A stretch of DNA of 64,000 nucleotides from Vicugna vicugna (lineage: Eukaryota): NCBI GenBank assembly GCA_013265495.1, contig MU058531.1, positions 3,596,911 to 3,660,910 on the forward strand, read 5' to 3'. The first letter of the stretch is position 1; every line of letters starts with the position of its first letter. This document shows positions 53,778 through 64,000 of the stretch, in pieces. A model generated the notes under the pieces. It ran no database searches and had not been told where the DNA came from. It was given only the letters and a program-made list of their open reading frames with translations. The position numbers and the translations under genes were made by a program.

Positions 53778-55600
53778 AATCAACAAAATACACTTATATA
53801 AAATAAATTCTAAATCCTCATGCTATGACATTATCCCACTAAATCCACCTCAGAAAGGTCTGATAATACATTTAGAAATATAGGCCTAGATAAAAAGAAG
53901 CAAAAGACCTCAAGCTCAATGTGATCAAATCCCAACCCAACCAGTTATGTGAACGATATGCAACTAAGTGTGACTCAATCACGGAGCATAAGGCATGGAG
54001 TTATGCTTCACAGATTTAAAACAGCTCAACCCTTCACAGTTGTTTGCCTGGACTGAAAGCAAGGAGAAGCCAATCAGGACAGAATAAATGTTTATACCCA
54101 CAGCATGTAAATGAATCCTTAATGATTTGGGGTTGGTTCCCATTCTCCAAAGGACACTGGCCAGGGCCTACAAAGGTTGCAATGAGGCTCACGTCCCCAG
54201 CTCCACTCCCCAGGGGAGGCCCTCCATAAGTCATCTTTCTCAAGCCTTTGGGATAAACCCATTCCTCATATTCCACCAGGAAATGAAACTCTGGCATAAA
54301 TGAGGCAAATGTTCAAGATCTCTGATAAAATCATGCCAGGAAAGGACCATAAGAAAGTGACAAAGAATCGTTTTCTCCTTTTTTCCTTTTGAAAATCAAG
54401 GCTGGGGGACAGGTGGGAAGCATGAGGGATGAAAAAAGTAAATGTCCATTTTATTATTTAATAATGCCAAAGATTATCTCTATCTTACCCAGAAGGAAAA
54501 GAGTTTATGGTAAATTACATTTATGCCTCATTTAGAGAGGGCAGCAGCTGACTATTGCCATGTAAAAATATAGACCTGTTTTGCCAAATCGCTCAGTATT
54601 TCGAGAAGCAAGAAATGTGATTTTTAGGTGAATTCTTTCAATATTTAAAAGATAGCAACTAATTAGATTTTTGTTCAAACTTTGAAGAGGCCAGAAAATC
54701 TTGCCTACAGGTCACCTGTGACCTCTGATTTAAAGAAACCAGTAAGTGAAATTCAGGTCTTCCGATCACAAGACACCATTCTCCTTGTTTGGCCTATGCA
54801 ATGAATCTTTCTCTGCTCCAAAGAAGTTTCAAAATAAAAAATAAACCAGTGTGCTTGCAAAGGAGAAAAATTTACAGCAAAATATTAATTCTGAGTGGTG
54901 GGTATATTACAAGGGTGTCTTTTATACCATTTTCCCTTTTTTTCTGTATAATTGAAGTATTTCCTAATTGATTTTGTGGGGAGAAGAAGGTAGTTACCAC
55001 TGCTTCAACTTCTCTGTACTTTCTGAAATTTTTCAGAATAAATACTTGTGGGAAAGAAGCTTCTTTTAGGAGGACCCTTTCCCCCATCTGGAAGAGAGTG
55101 CAGGGTAAGGGCTGGAAGTACCAGCCCAAGCTTCTCACAGGTCAGGAGGCACTGGACAGAGATGGCCATGAGGGCCAAAGAGAGAAACTTCATTTCTGGA
55201 CCTAGCAGAACAATTCAGGGAGATTAAAAAAAAGGAGTTTCACTGTGGCTGGACTCATGGATCCTCACATAAAGCAAATATGGCATTATCTTATTAATTG
55301 TTCAACCTAAGTAATGGGTGCAGGGATTCACTTTCTTCTACTTATCTGTATGTGTGAAACTTTTTATGACCGCCGCCCCCCCCCAAACATTGTTAAGTGA
55401 TTACACAGAACAAACTAGCAAAATCACAGTCATCATGTCTTATCTTTAGACTAATTCAGGAGTATGAAGTGGACCAAATCCAGAATAACCAACAAGCACT
55501 TTACATTCTGAAATCTACTACTTTAAAACAGACTTCTCATAGTAAAAATAGCTGTCAACTGAAATCTTAAGTTCTATAATAAGGCAATGCTAAACACCAC

Positions 55601-55698
55601 CTCCGGCTCAACTCTGGTTTGAGTGCTTCTGAGCCTTCAGAAGGGGCTCCAGCGATGAGGTGCGCTGCAAATCTCTGCACAATGGGATGGTAATGTCG
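55601..55698 (-). CDS. NOC3L: NOC3L coding exon: [32 protein letters not shown]
   Basis: cttcag acceptor, AG|gtggtg donor, 98 nt; HYHP motif of the CBF/Mak21 domain. Confidence 0.95.
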
Positions 55699-56288
55699 CT
55701 GAAGGGGAAACAGGACAACCACATTTTGCACAGGTCAGTATTTTACAAAACACTAACTAAACTTTAATAAACACTTATTTAAAAAAAAACACATATGCAT
55801 AAGTAATTCTTAAGAACCACATACCTACAGAAAAAAACACTATCTTTGCTCACAGGATTCCAACAGATTCCAAACAGATTGCAAATCTGTTTGATGACCA
55901 AGATACTAGTAATGCTGCTTAGTCTTCCTTTTTACAGTATAAAAAGAAAAATCAAAGAGCAATTTCTCTTTCAGAATGAAAAAAAAGTTCTTTTACACCA
56001 GGTTTCCTGAAACATATTTCATACAAGCCTCACTCTAAAGCTGCTGCCCGCACTATAGGATCACAACATAGGTGAAACCCTCTTGAAACTGGTGGGCCTG
56101 TGGAAGTCTCCCTGGATAGGACGCAATACAAATGTGCCTGATGACAAATCTGAATAGTGCTAGGGAAAGATTTTAAGAAATCTTACCCCACAAAACTGTC
56201 ATCATTTTCTGCTTCATTAGAAAATGCATCTCAACATCTTAACAGTAAGAGGAAAGTGAAATGTAGACTATTAAAACAGGATTTCTAC

Positions 56289-56434
56289 GGGGGAGGGTGT
56301 AGCTCAAGTGGTAGAGCATGTGCTTAGCATGCACAAGGTCCTGGGTTCAATCCCCAGTACCTCCATTAAAAAAAGAAAAGTTAAATAAACCTAATTACCT
56401 CTCCCCTACAAAAACAAACAAACAAACAAACAAA
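56289..56434 (+). mobile_element. tRNA-derived SINE with (AAAC)n tail
   Basis: gggtgtagctcaagtggtagagc..gggttcaatccccagtacctcc; atttcta repeated on both flanks. Confidence 0.92.
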
Positions 56435-56554
56435 ATTTCTAGGAGAGGTGGTCCCAGAATAAAATACATTAAGTTCTATGGCAATTATAACTGCTTGGGG
56501 GAAAACTGAAAAAAAAACTACTCACAAAAAAAGACGGGGAGGGGGCACTCTTAC

Positions 56555-56683
56555 CCGCAGTGCATGCAATTCCCAAAGGGCAGTGTTCTGAGCATTGCAG
56601 TACTCGGGCTCCTCCAGCTCAGGAAGGAAAACTCCGCTTCCCTGAGATTCATTGTCAAGCAACAGATCTGTTTTGGGGAAAGT
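56555..56683 (-). CDS. NOC3L: NOC3L coding exon: [43 protein letters not shown]
   Basis: tgtag acceptor, CGG|gtaaga donor, 129 nt; P.YCNA...LWEL CBF/Mak21 motif. Confidence 0.95.
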
Positions 56684-57099
56684 CTACAATAATATCAACA
56701 AAAGGAAGGATTAATTAAAGCAACACTGTTAATTTTAAGAATGTTATTGGGTTCTGTACTTTTATTTGTATTTAAACATAACTTGATTTTATGGTTACAT
56801 AAGAGCTATAAGCACAGGCACTTTGTATCTAGTTTTAATTTTTCCAATCTAAGTTTTACACTGTAAGAGGACAAAAATTGGAAGAGTATTTTCTTAGCTT
56901 GTTTTGAAAAGAATTCATTTTTATCTTAGAAAAGAAAATAGATACTCTTTTCACTCAGCAATCTCACTTTTAGGAATTTTTCCTATAGAAATAATTACAT
57001 TAGATACACATGTAAGAATATTCACTAAGCATCATTCATAATAGCAAAAAAAAAGGAAACACCCTATGTCCACCAAAAGAAAAATGCGAAGTGTAAAAG

Positions 57100-57315
57100 C
57101 CAAACTGCCTAAATTTAAATCTCACCTCTGCCACTTACTAGCAGTGTCACTTTAGGCAAGTTACCTAGCATCTCTGGACCTCAGTTTTCCCCATTTATAA
57201 ATTGGGAACAATAGTAGTAGCTACTTCATTATTGTTACAAAAATTAAGTCACTTAATTTTTGTAAAGCGTTTATAACATGGAAGTCACATAATAAGAACT
57301 ATGTAAGTGTTTATT
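57100..57315. mobile_element. MIR SINE remnant
   Basis: ctctgccacttactagc.gtgt.ac.ttaggcaagtta..cctcagttt.cccat. Confidence 0.75.
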
Positions 57316-57755
57316 AGACCAATAACTTTATATATAGTCATTAAGGAGACAAAATAGTTTTATTTGTACTGACACAAAAATGTGTTCATCACCATTAAGT
57401 GTTTAAAAAACTTGTAGAACAATAATATATATTGTAATCCCCTCAATCCCCTTTCCAGTTTAAAAAAAAAAGTTTTATTGTTTTCCTGTGTTTGTTGTGC
57501 ACATTTATAACCAAATTTTTAAGTCTGCTGGGAGGATACCTACCAAATGGTAAAAATGGTTAGTTATCTCTAGAGAGTGTCAATAAGGGTGGAATGCTTT
57601 CCTTTGTGTAATTTTATGTACTTCTTTTTATCACCTAATTTTGTTACAAGTGTGAATTACTTATATAATTAAATGAGGAAAAAAGATACACATCAAACAA
57701 AACACCATTGCTGCATGGCAAGAACTTAGCTCTTTTCATCTGTATCACCACTTAC

Positions 57756-57937
57756 ATGCATTAATATTCTGTTAGTTGCCAAAATGCCAATGCTTGAATT
57801 TGGAAGAACGTGAAGAGCAAGGGTACAAAGGCGCTTGATGAAGGCAAGGGCCCGCTGCTGTGAAACCTGCTTTCTGCGCTTAGTCAACATGACGTCAAGG
57901 CACTGGAGCACAATCTCAACACCTTCATTGGTAGCAC
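57756..57937 (-). CDS. NOC3L: NOC3L coding exon: [61 protein letters not shown]
   Basis: ttttag acceptor, CAT|gtaagt donor, 182 nt, phase 1-0; R..AFIKRL motif. Confidence 0.95.
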
Positions 57938-58299
57938 CTAAAACAGCAGGTATACTCTTCAGGGCTGTTCTCATTACTTTTTCATTACACAATTTCACTG
58001 AACTCTGGAAAAAAATCCAAGACGAACCTGTCGCACCTGCCCCACATCACTTCCCTAAATGATGAAGTAGTGCTACACTGCTCAAGAGATGAAGCCCTAA
58101 GTTGTACTGCATCTCCAGTCAATTCCGGAAGTGCTCTCTCCAAGACTCACATACAGTTAAACAGAGACGTGTGGCACTGGCAGACCAGCATTTTCTGTCT
58201 CAGCTCCTCTCTCTCAATTTTCACTGACTACAATTCCGGTCACATTATATTCTTAAAAGACAAAGATTTACTAAAGACACATTATCTAAACATACATAC

Positions 58300-58371
58300 C
58301 TGCGTGTAACTTGAACAGTGTTTTGTAAAGATGTGTATAGAATTTCATTGGATCAATATTCAGAACATCAC
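58300..58371 (-). CDS. NOC3L: NOC3L coding exon: [24 protein letters not shown]
   Basis: tcaaag acceptor, G|gtatgt donor, 72 nt, phase 1-1. Confidence 0.93.
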
Positions 58372-58456
58372 CTTTGAAATGACAACAAACACTAATTAGG
58401 TATGTTACTGCCTCCAAAGGTAAAGCAAACAAAACCTGATCAAGAAAATATTTCAC

Positions 58457-58520
58457 CTTGCCCAGAAAGAATATGAAAAGCGGTCTGGACACAGTGCAGA
58501 CTTTCTTGATAGCTTAGGTC
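58457..58520 (-). CDS. NOC3L: NOC3L coding exon: [21 protein letters not shown]
   Basis: tttaag acceptor, G|gtgaaa donor, 64 nt, phase 0-1. Confidence 0.93.
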
Positions 58521-58603
58521 CTTAAAGAAAAGAAAAGAAAAAGGATATTAAGAATAATTACCATTTATATCTTAAAAAGTAATTCATTAGCAGAGTTACT
58601 TAC

Positions 58604-58676
58604 ACCAGACTCAATGAGAGAATGCAGAACTACTAATAAATCATCAAAAAACTCCACATTTATAAGATGGGCAAAC
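58604..58676 (-). CDS. NOC3L: NOC3L coding exon: (K)[24 protein letters not shown]
   Basis: ttttag acceptor, GGT|gtaagt donor, 73 nt, phase 2-0. Confidence 0.94.
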
Positions 58677-60032
58677 CTAAAATCAAACAAAACTTAGTTA
58701 AAAGATAACCTAAACACAGAAACAAAACAGCTAAAAATTAAACTTGACTTTGAAACCATATTTTTAATATTCCTAATTTCAAAGTGTTAGTCACAATGGA
58801 GATGATGATGATTATGATGATGATTATTAATACTTTTTATTAATTCAGATCACCCTTTTGGACAATCCAACCACAACTGGACACCATATTCAGCAGGAAT
58901 ATATGTGGCACAAGACAAACTAAATTTTTCAAAAATACTTCCCTCTGAGAAAGAAGTTGCTAAGAGCAAACAATTTCTCTGAGGGAGGTTTACCAGGTGT
59001 CCAGCAATGAAGGAGCCAGCAGCAACAGATTCTAGAAAAACAGGGCAAGAAGAAGGAAAGGAGGAAAGATTCTGCTATTTATAAAAAAATTTAGGAAAGC
59101 TTTAAAAATAAAAGAGAAAAAATGTTGGACCTAGTGTCTAGTTCAGGCTCAACAATTAATTACCTGTATAATCCTGTGTAAAAACTGACTCTCCCAGCCT
59201 CTATTTCTAGAAATAAGTGAAATCACTCAATAGCGTTAAAGAGAAAGAATCACGTGAGCAACTCAATGTCACAGCACTCTGTACACTATAAAATATTAGG
59301 CACTCAAGTAGTTAAAGTCGGGATATCTCTTCAATATTAGTGCAAGAGCCTTTGACACTATGTAAATCTTAGGAGGAAGGACCTTAGAGGTCACACATTC
59401 CCTGTGTATCAGCACAACCTTTTTGGGAAGCAATTTGGCAATATTTATTAAAATTTAAAATGAACATACCCTTTGACCTGCAATATATGCACACAAGTAC
59501 ATTAAAAATATTCCCAGTACAACACTGGGGACTGACCAAATAAAGTATTATACAGCTATAAAATGGAATATTACGAACTTAAAGAAGTCTATCTATAGGT
59601 GCTAACGTGGAAGGATACTCAGAATAAGTTTATCCAAAAAAAAGGAATTACAGAATAGTATTCATTTGTGTGAAAGATTCAATTTGTATGAAAGAAGGCA
59701 GGTGGGCAGATTTACATTCCCACATAGGAGGGGGAACTTATGATTTTTAAATTTTTAATCACATTATTGGAATTTTTTAAATGAGTATATATTATTAAAA
59801 ATTTGCTTAAAGAAATTAGTCACTGAAAAACAAACAGGTCCCACCTAATGTTAAGAATAATCCCTCCTCTTTGAAACTCTGACTGATCTCTCTGCAGTGA
59901 CAAGGACTACACCACCTCATAAGGGAAAGCATCGCATCACCAGCTAGCTGCGGTCATTAGAAAATAATTTATTTTATATTGAACTGAACTTACCCTTTCT
60001 CTATCTTTCAGACATTAACCCTACTTCTAAAG

Positions 60033-60331
60033 CTGTGCTGTCCAACAATGGTAGCCATTAGGCATTTGAAATGTGGCTAGTCAAACTGAGATGTGCTGTT
60101 AAGTGTAAAATGTACACAGGTTTTTGAAGATACGTTAAGAAAAAAAAGAATGCCAACTATTTCACTGATGTTTAATGCTGACTGTATGCCAAAATAGTAT
60201 TTTAGATAAGCTGAGTTCAATAAAATATATAAAATTAATTTCACCTGTTTTTTCTTTTTTCTTTAATGTAGCTAAAGGAAAATTTTCAATTAGGTATGTA
60301 GTTCAGAGTATATTTCTATGGGCGAGTGCTG
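60033..60331. mobile_element. MER33/MER3-like hAT MITE with an 8-bp target duplication
   Basis: ctgtgctgtccaa..gtagcca..tgaaatgtggctagt; flanks ttctaaag / ttctacag. Confidence 0.75.
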
Positions 60332-60845
60332 TTCTACAGCATAATACCTCAAATAACTGTAGGAAACTATCATGACAACTATTATCCTGGCTCACACCCC
60401 CTAACAGGTTCATCAGTGTTGACAGAAAATACAAAAAGATCTGTCTTGAGAGGAACAGACAACACAGGACTAGAGAAACTATGTGCAAGTTGGGCAGGAA
60501 CAGACCCGAGAGTCACCGGCGTGAACCATTCAAACTGATGGTGAAAACTGATGACAGAGCAGAAGGAAACAAGCACTGAGACGAACCTCAGGGATAGCGA
60601 GCAGCAAGCAAGCAGAAGGAAAGAGTCAGTGAAGGAGATTCACAAAATAAAACATTTGAGGTGAAAAAAACCAAAACAGTGCAGGGTTGCGGACAGTTTC
60701 AAGGAAAAGCTGGTGACAAATAAAAAAGGAATGAACTGAGATGGACGCTGGGTCATCGTTAGTGAACCCTGTTTAAAATTCATGGCTATTTCAGTCTTAT
60801 GCGTTTAGAAAGAATCTAAAAGGTTTCAACCTACACAGCCCTTAC

Positions 60846-60946
60846 TTGGCAAGACCTTCTAGAACTGCTGGCAGGAGAGGTGACCTCTGGGCCTTCTTCA
60901 ATATTCTGAAGTAGGTTACAAACACAATATTCAAAGTCTCTGTGTG
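60846..60946 (-). CDS. NOC3L: NOC3L coding exon: [33 protein letters not shown]
   Basis: tgccag acceptor, AA|gtaagg donor, 101 nt, phase 0-2. Confidence 0.95.
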
Positions 60947-61096
60947 CTGGCAGAACAAACAAACAAAATGACTTTGATATAACCTAGAGTACTTTCTCCT
61001 GGGTCACCATAACTGTCCCTTTCAAAGCTCAATCTTTTCTGGTCTTTCCCATCCCTCCCCACAACTCAATATTAAGAGTTTCAACAAAATTGAATA

Positions 61097-61230
61097 GGGG
61101 AGAGGATACAGCTCAGTGGTAGAGCACGTGCCTAGCATGCACAAGTACCCCACAGTAAATAGATAAATAAATAAATCTAATTACCTCCCTCCTCCAAGAA
61201 AATAAACCTAAATAAACAAACAGAATAAAG
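61097..61230 (+). mobile_element. tRNA-derived SINE with B box deleted
   Basis: gggagaggatacagctcagtggtagagcacgtgcctagcatgcacaag joined directly to the tail region. Confidence 0.8.
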
Positions 61231-61408
61231 ATACACATCCTATGATCTCGTAAAATTAGCGTCGATCACTTTGTCATTTCTCACATATCACAACTAAGCG
61301 TCATGAAATAAACCAAAGTTACATAACCACAAGTTAAAACAACAGTCTCTAGTTATAATCACTTACCAAGAGATTTTAAAAGCGTTAAGAGAATGTGAAA
61401 CTGCCTAC

Positions 61409-61489
61409 CAGTTTAAGTTTTTTCTCAGTACTCTCTGAAGCCTCTGCCTCCCGAAGCTCTCTCTCTAGTTTCTCCTCTGCTTTCTTCCA
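61409..61489 (-). CDS. NOC3L: NOC3L coding exon (coiled coil): [27 protein letters not shown]
   Basis: tttcag acceptor, CTG|gtaggc donor, 81 nt, phase 0-0. Confidence 0.94.
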
Positions 61490-62976
61490 CTGAAAACAGA
61501 TTGAAAAAAGAGTGTGTAGCACTGAGTGAAAAAAAGCTAGCTTCAGAGATGCATTAAGTGTAAATATTATGAAACACATACAATAATACCATAGATTGTC
61601 TATGAATACAAATATAAGCAAAAGAGAGTAGAAAAACATGGATAACAAGCCAAATTTATGACAGTGGTTGCCTCTCAGGAGGAGGGCAGAAGACTGGAGG
61701 GGAACAAAGGGGATTCCAACTCTATCACCAGTGGTTTCTTTCTTTTCAAGAAAAAACCTAAGTATATTAATATTTGCTCATTCAGAATGGTAAATATATG
61801 GGATATGTTTATTATCCTCTGTAGTTTTCTGTAATTTACATTAAAATTTTTAAAAAAGAAAAAAGGGAAGAACATGCTGACCCCAAAATAATTCTTATTG
61901 TTAAATCACCTACAACATGGAAACCAGTCATCAACCGTACTTCCCAAACTCATTTACAGACAATGCATAAAACCAGATGCTATACACAGAGAAATTCAAC
62001 AAAATACCAATTTTTTCCCACTCCTTTATGCTGTAAGGGCAACAAACAATGGTTGCTAAGCTGCCTGGGCCCCAGGGGACTGACTGAGGAATAGTTTCCT
62101 TCCCTCACATCAACTTGTTAAAGAACTGCCATGTTGTTGAGTCTTTGTTTCCCCATCAGAGCCACATACATGCTATTCTTAACAGGCACATCCAACTTAC
62201 ATTAGGATAGTATAAACAATTGTGATAGTATAAACAATTAAAAATATTTACCTTCATTTGTTAACAATTATTAAGTCTATTTTGATATTCCTGCCATGTC
62301 TTCAAAATTTATTAGACACAAAGATGGATATCCCCAGAAATTATTTTTTCTTTTGTTTTTATAAACAAGTTGATAGTCCTAATAAACTGTTTAGAAATGT
62401 TTTGAGAAGTGGTAATAATATTGATGGAGGCAGTGGTAACTAACGGTTATGAAGTACGCCCACTCCTGGGCACTCTGTTAAGTACTTTACCTACATCATT
62501 TTACTGAAACTCATAATGACCCTGCAAGGTAGGTGTTGTTATTAGCTCTACTTCTCAAAATATTTTTTAAAAGTTTCCAAAGTCTCATAGTAAGTAAACA
62601 AAAGGCTGGAATTTCAACCTAGGTTTCAAACACAAACCAACAGAGAAACATGATTTAATTAAAACCTACTTCATTGCCAGCTTCACATGAATACATCCTT
62701 TCTGTTAAGGAAGGAATCTGTGTTATCACAATGAATCTAAGAGGATCTTAAACGCCAGCAAGGCAAGAAAACCATTTCATCTACTGTTCTCTTTGCCAGT
62801 GAACTGTGACTGTGAGTTTAAGTTGATTTAATAAAACATTTCTTTGCAATAACTGGGGAAAACAAAATTACCTAAACATTAGATTTTAAAATATTTAAAT
62901 TTATGATTTAACTATGTTTTTGCCTGTACATATTCCATGATTTTAATCTAAAATGAAATAAAAAAGGAAATCAAAC

Positions 62977-63108
62977 CTTTCTCTGCATTCTTGATAGACT
63001 TTTTCTCTTTTCCTTGAAAGTCATGAATTTTTTTGGTTTATTAATATCCTCTGTATCCTTTTTCACTTCTACTTCTTTGATCCTTAGGCACAAGAATGTT
63101 TTTAACAT
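62977..63108 (-). CDS. NOC3L: NOC3L coding exon: [44 protein letters not shown]
   Basis: attag acceptor, AAG|gtttga donor, 132 nt, phase 0-0; upstream exons lie beyond the window end. Confidence 0.92.
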
Positions 63109-63544
63109 CTAATATTGAAGAAAACATAAATATACAGCTTAACGTTTATACTGCCCTCAAATACTTTGAACAGAATAAGCATTTAACAATGTTATTTCCT
63201 TCCTTCATGCCAAAACAAAACTTTGAAACATCTTTAATCACATTTTATACAAGTTCTATTATCTTTTTGCCAAAAAAATTCAGTAATTTGTGTCTAAGAA
63301 AGGACACTAGTATTTGTCTAAATACACATTATTTTGCAGTGTAATAAGAACAAGGAAGAGAGAACACTAACACTACATGGCACTGGTAGACAGGATTACA
63401 AAGAGCAGACAGGCCAGAAAAAGGTTTGGACCAGTATGGGTGGAGAGGACATTTATTAGCTATTTCTAAACCAGCTTTAATTTCCCATATCAGATTCTGT
63501 TTTGTAATTAAGATTTCTAATCTTTTTTTCTCAATAAAAATAGC

Positions 63545-63597
63545 ATGTGGAAATAACTTAAATGTCCATCAACAGATGAATGGATAAAGAAGATGTG

Positions 63598-63656
<59 letters not shown>

Positions 63657-63825
63657 NNNNNNNNNNNNNNNNNNNNNNNNNNNNNNNNNNNNNNNNNNNN
63701 NNNNNNNNNNNNNNNNNNNNNNNNNNNNNNNNNNNNNNNNNNNNNNNNNNNNNNNNNNNNNNNNNNNNNNNNNNNNNNNNNNNNNNNNNNNNNNNNNNNN
63801 NNNNNNNNNNNNNNNNNNTGATATA

Positions 63826-63871
<46 letters not shown>

Positions 63872-64000
63872 AATGGAATATTACTCAGCCATAAAAAAGA
63901 ATGAAGTAATGCCACTTGCAGCAACATGGACAGACCTAGAGATTATCATATTAAGTGAATAAATCAGCCAGAGAAAGAAGTATCATATGTCACTTATATG
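63545..64000 (+). mobile_element. L1 3' region interrupted by a microsatellite and a gap
   Basis: aaatgtccatcaacagatgaatggataaagaagatgtg ... caatggaatattactcagccataaaaaagaatgaa. Confidence 0.88.
63598..63867. repeat. Compound (TG)n(TA)n microsatellite spanning an assembly gap (N at 63657-63818)
   Basis: Directly visible; 162 N. Confidence 0.97.

Noticed and set aside
63517..63927. ORFs with CVCV/THTH repeats
   Set aside because: Artefacts of the microsatellite and the N gap.

Overview
Mammalian genomic DNA, probably a camelid (inferred from the tRNA-derived SINE family). It holds the 3' halves of two convergent spliced genes. On +, PLCE1 (phospholipase C epsilon-1) has 14 constitutive coding exons from the end of the X box through the X-Y linker, Y box, C2, RA1 and RA2 to the stop at 44130-44132. 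It also has a candidate 42-nt cassette exon and a non-coding last exon from 46826. On -, the last 11 coding exons of NOC3L end at the stop at 52088-52090. Exon phases were checked by hand and join into continuous reading frames. The rest is intronic or intergenic repeat sequence (L1, SINEs, MaLR/MER21 LTRs, hAT MITEs, MIR), plus one assembly gap. I see no prokaryotic-type system and cannot support a new biological system. The best leads are: a non-canonical ATAAGT donor after an essential PLCE1 exon; a NAGNAG, RBFOX-motif-flanked microexon in the X-Y linker; a 3'UTR intron placed to escape NMD; and a nested L1 whose RT core is replaced by a SINE head. Gene and repeat names come from my recall of the families, not from database searches.
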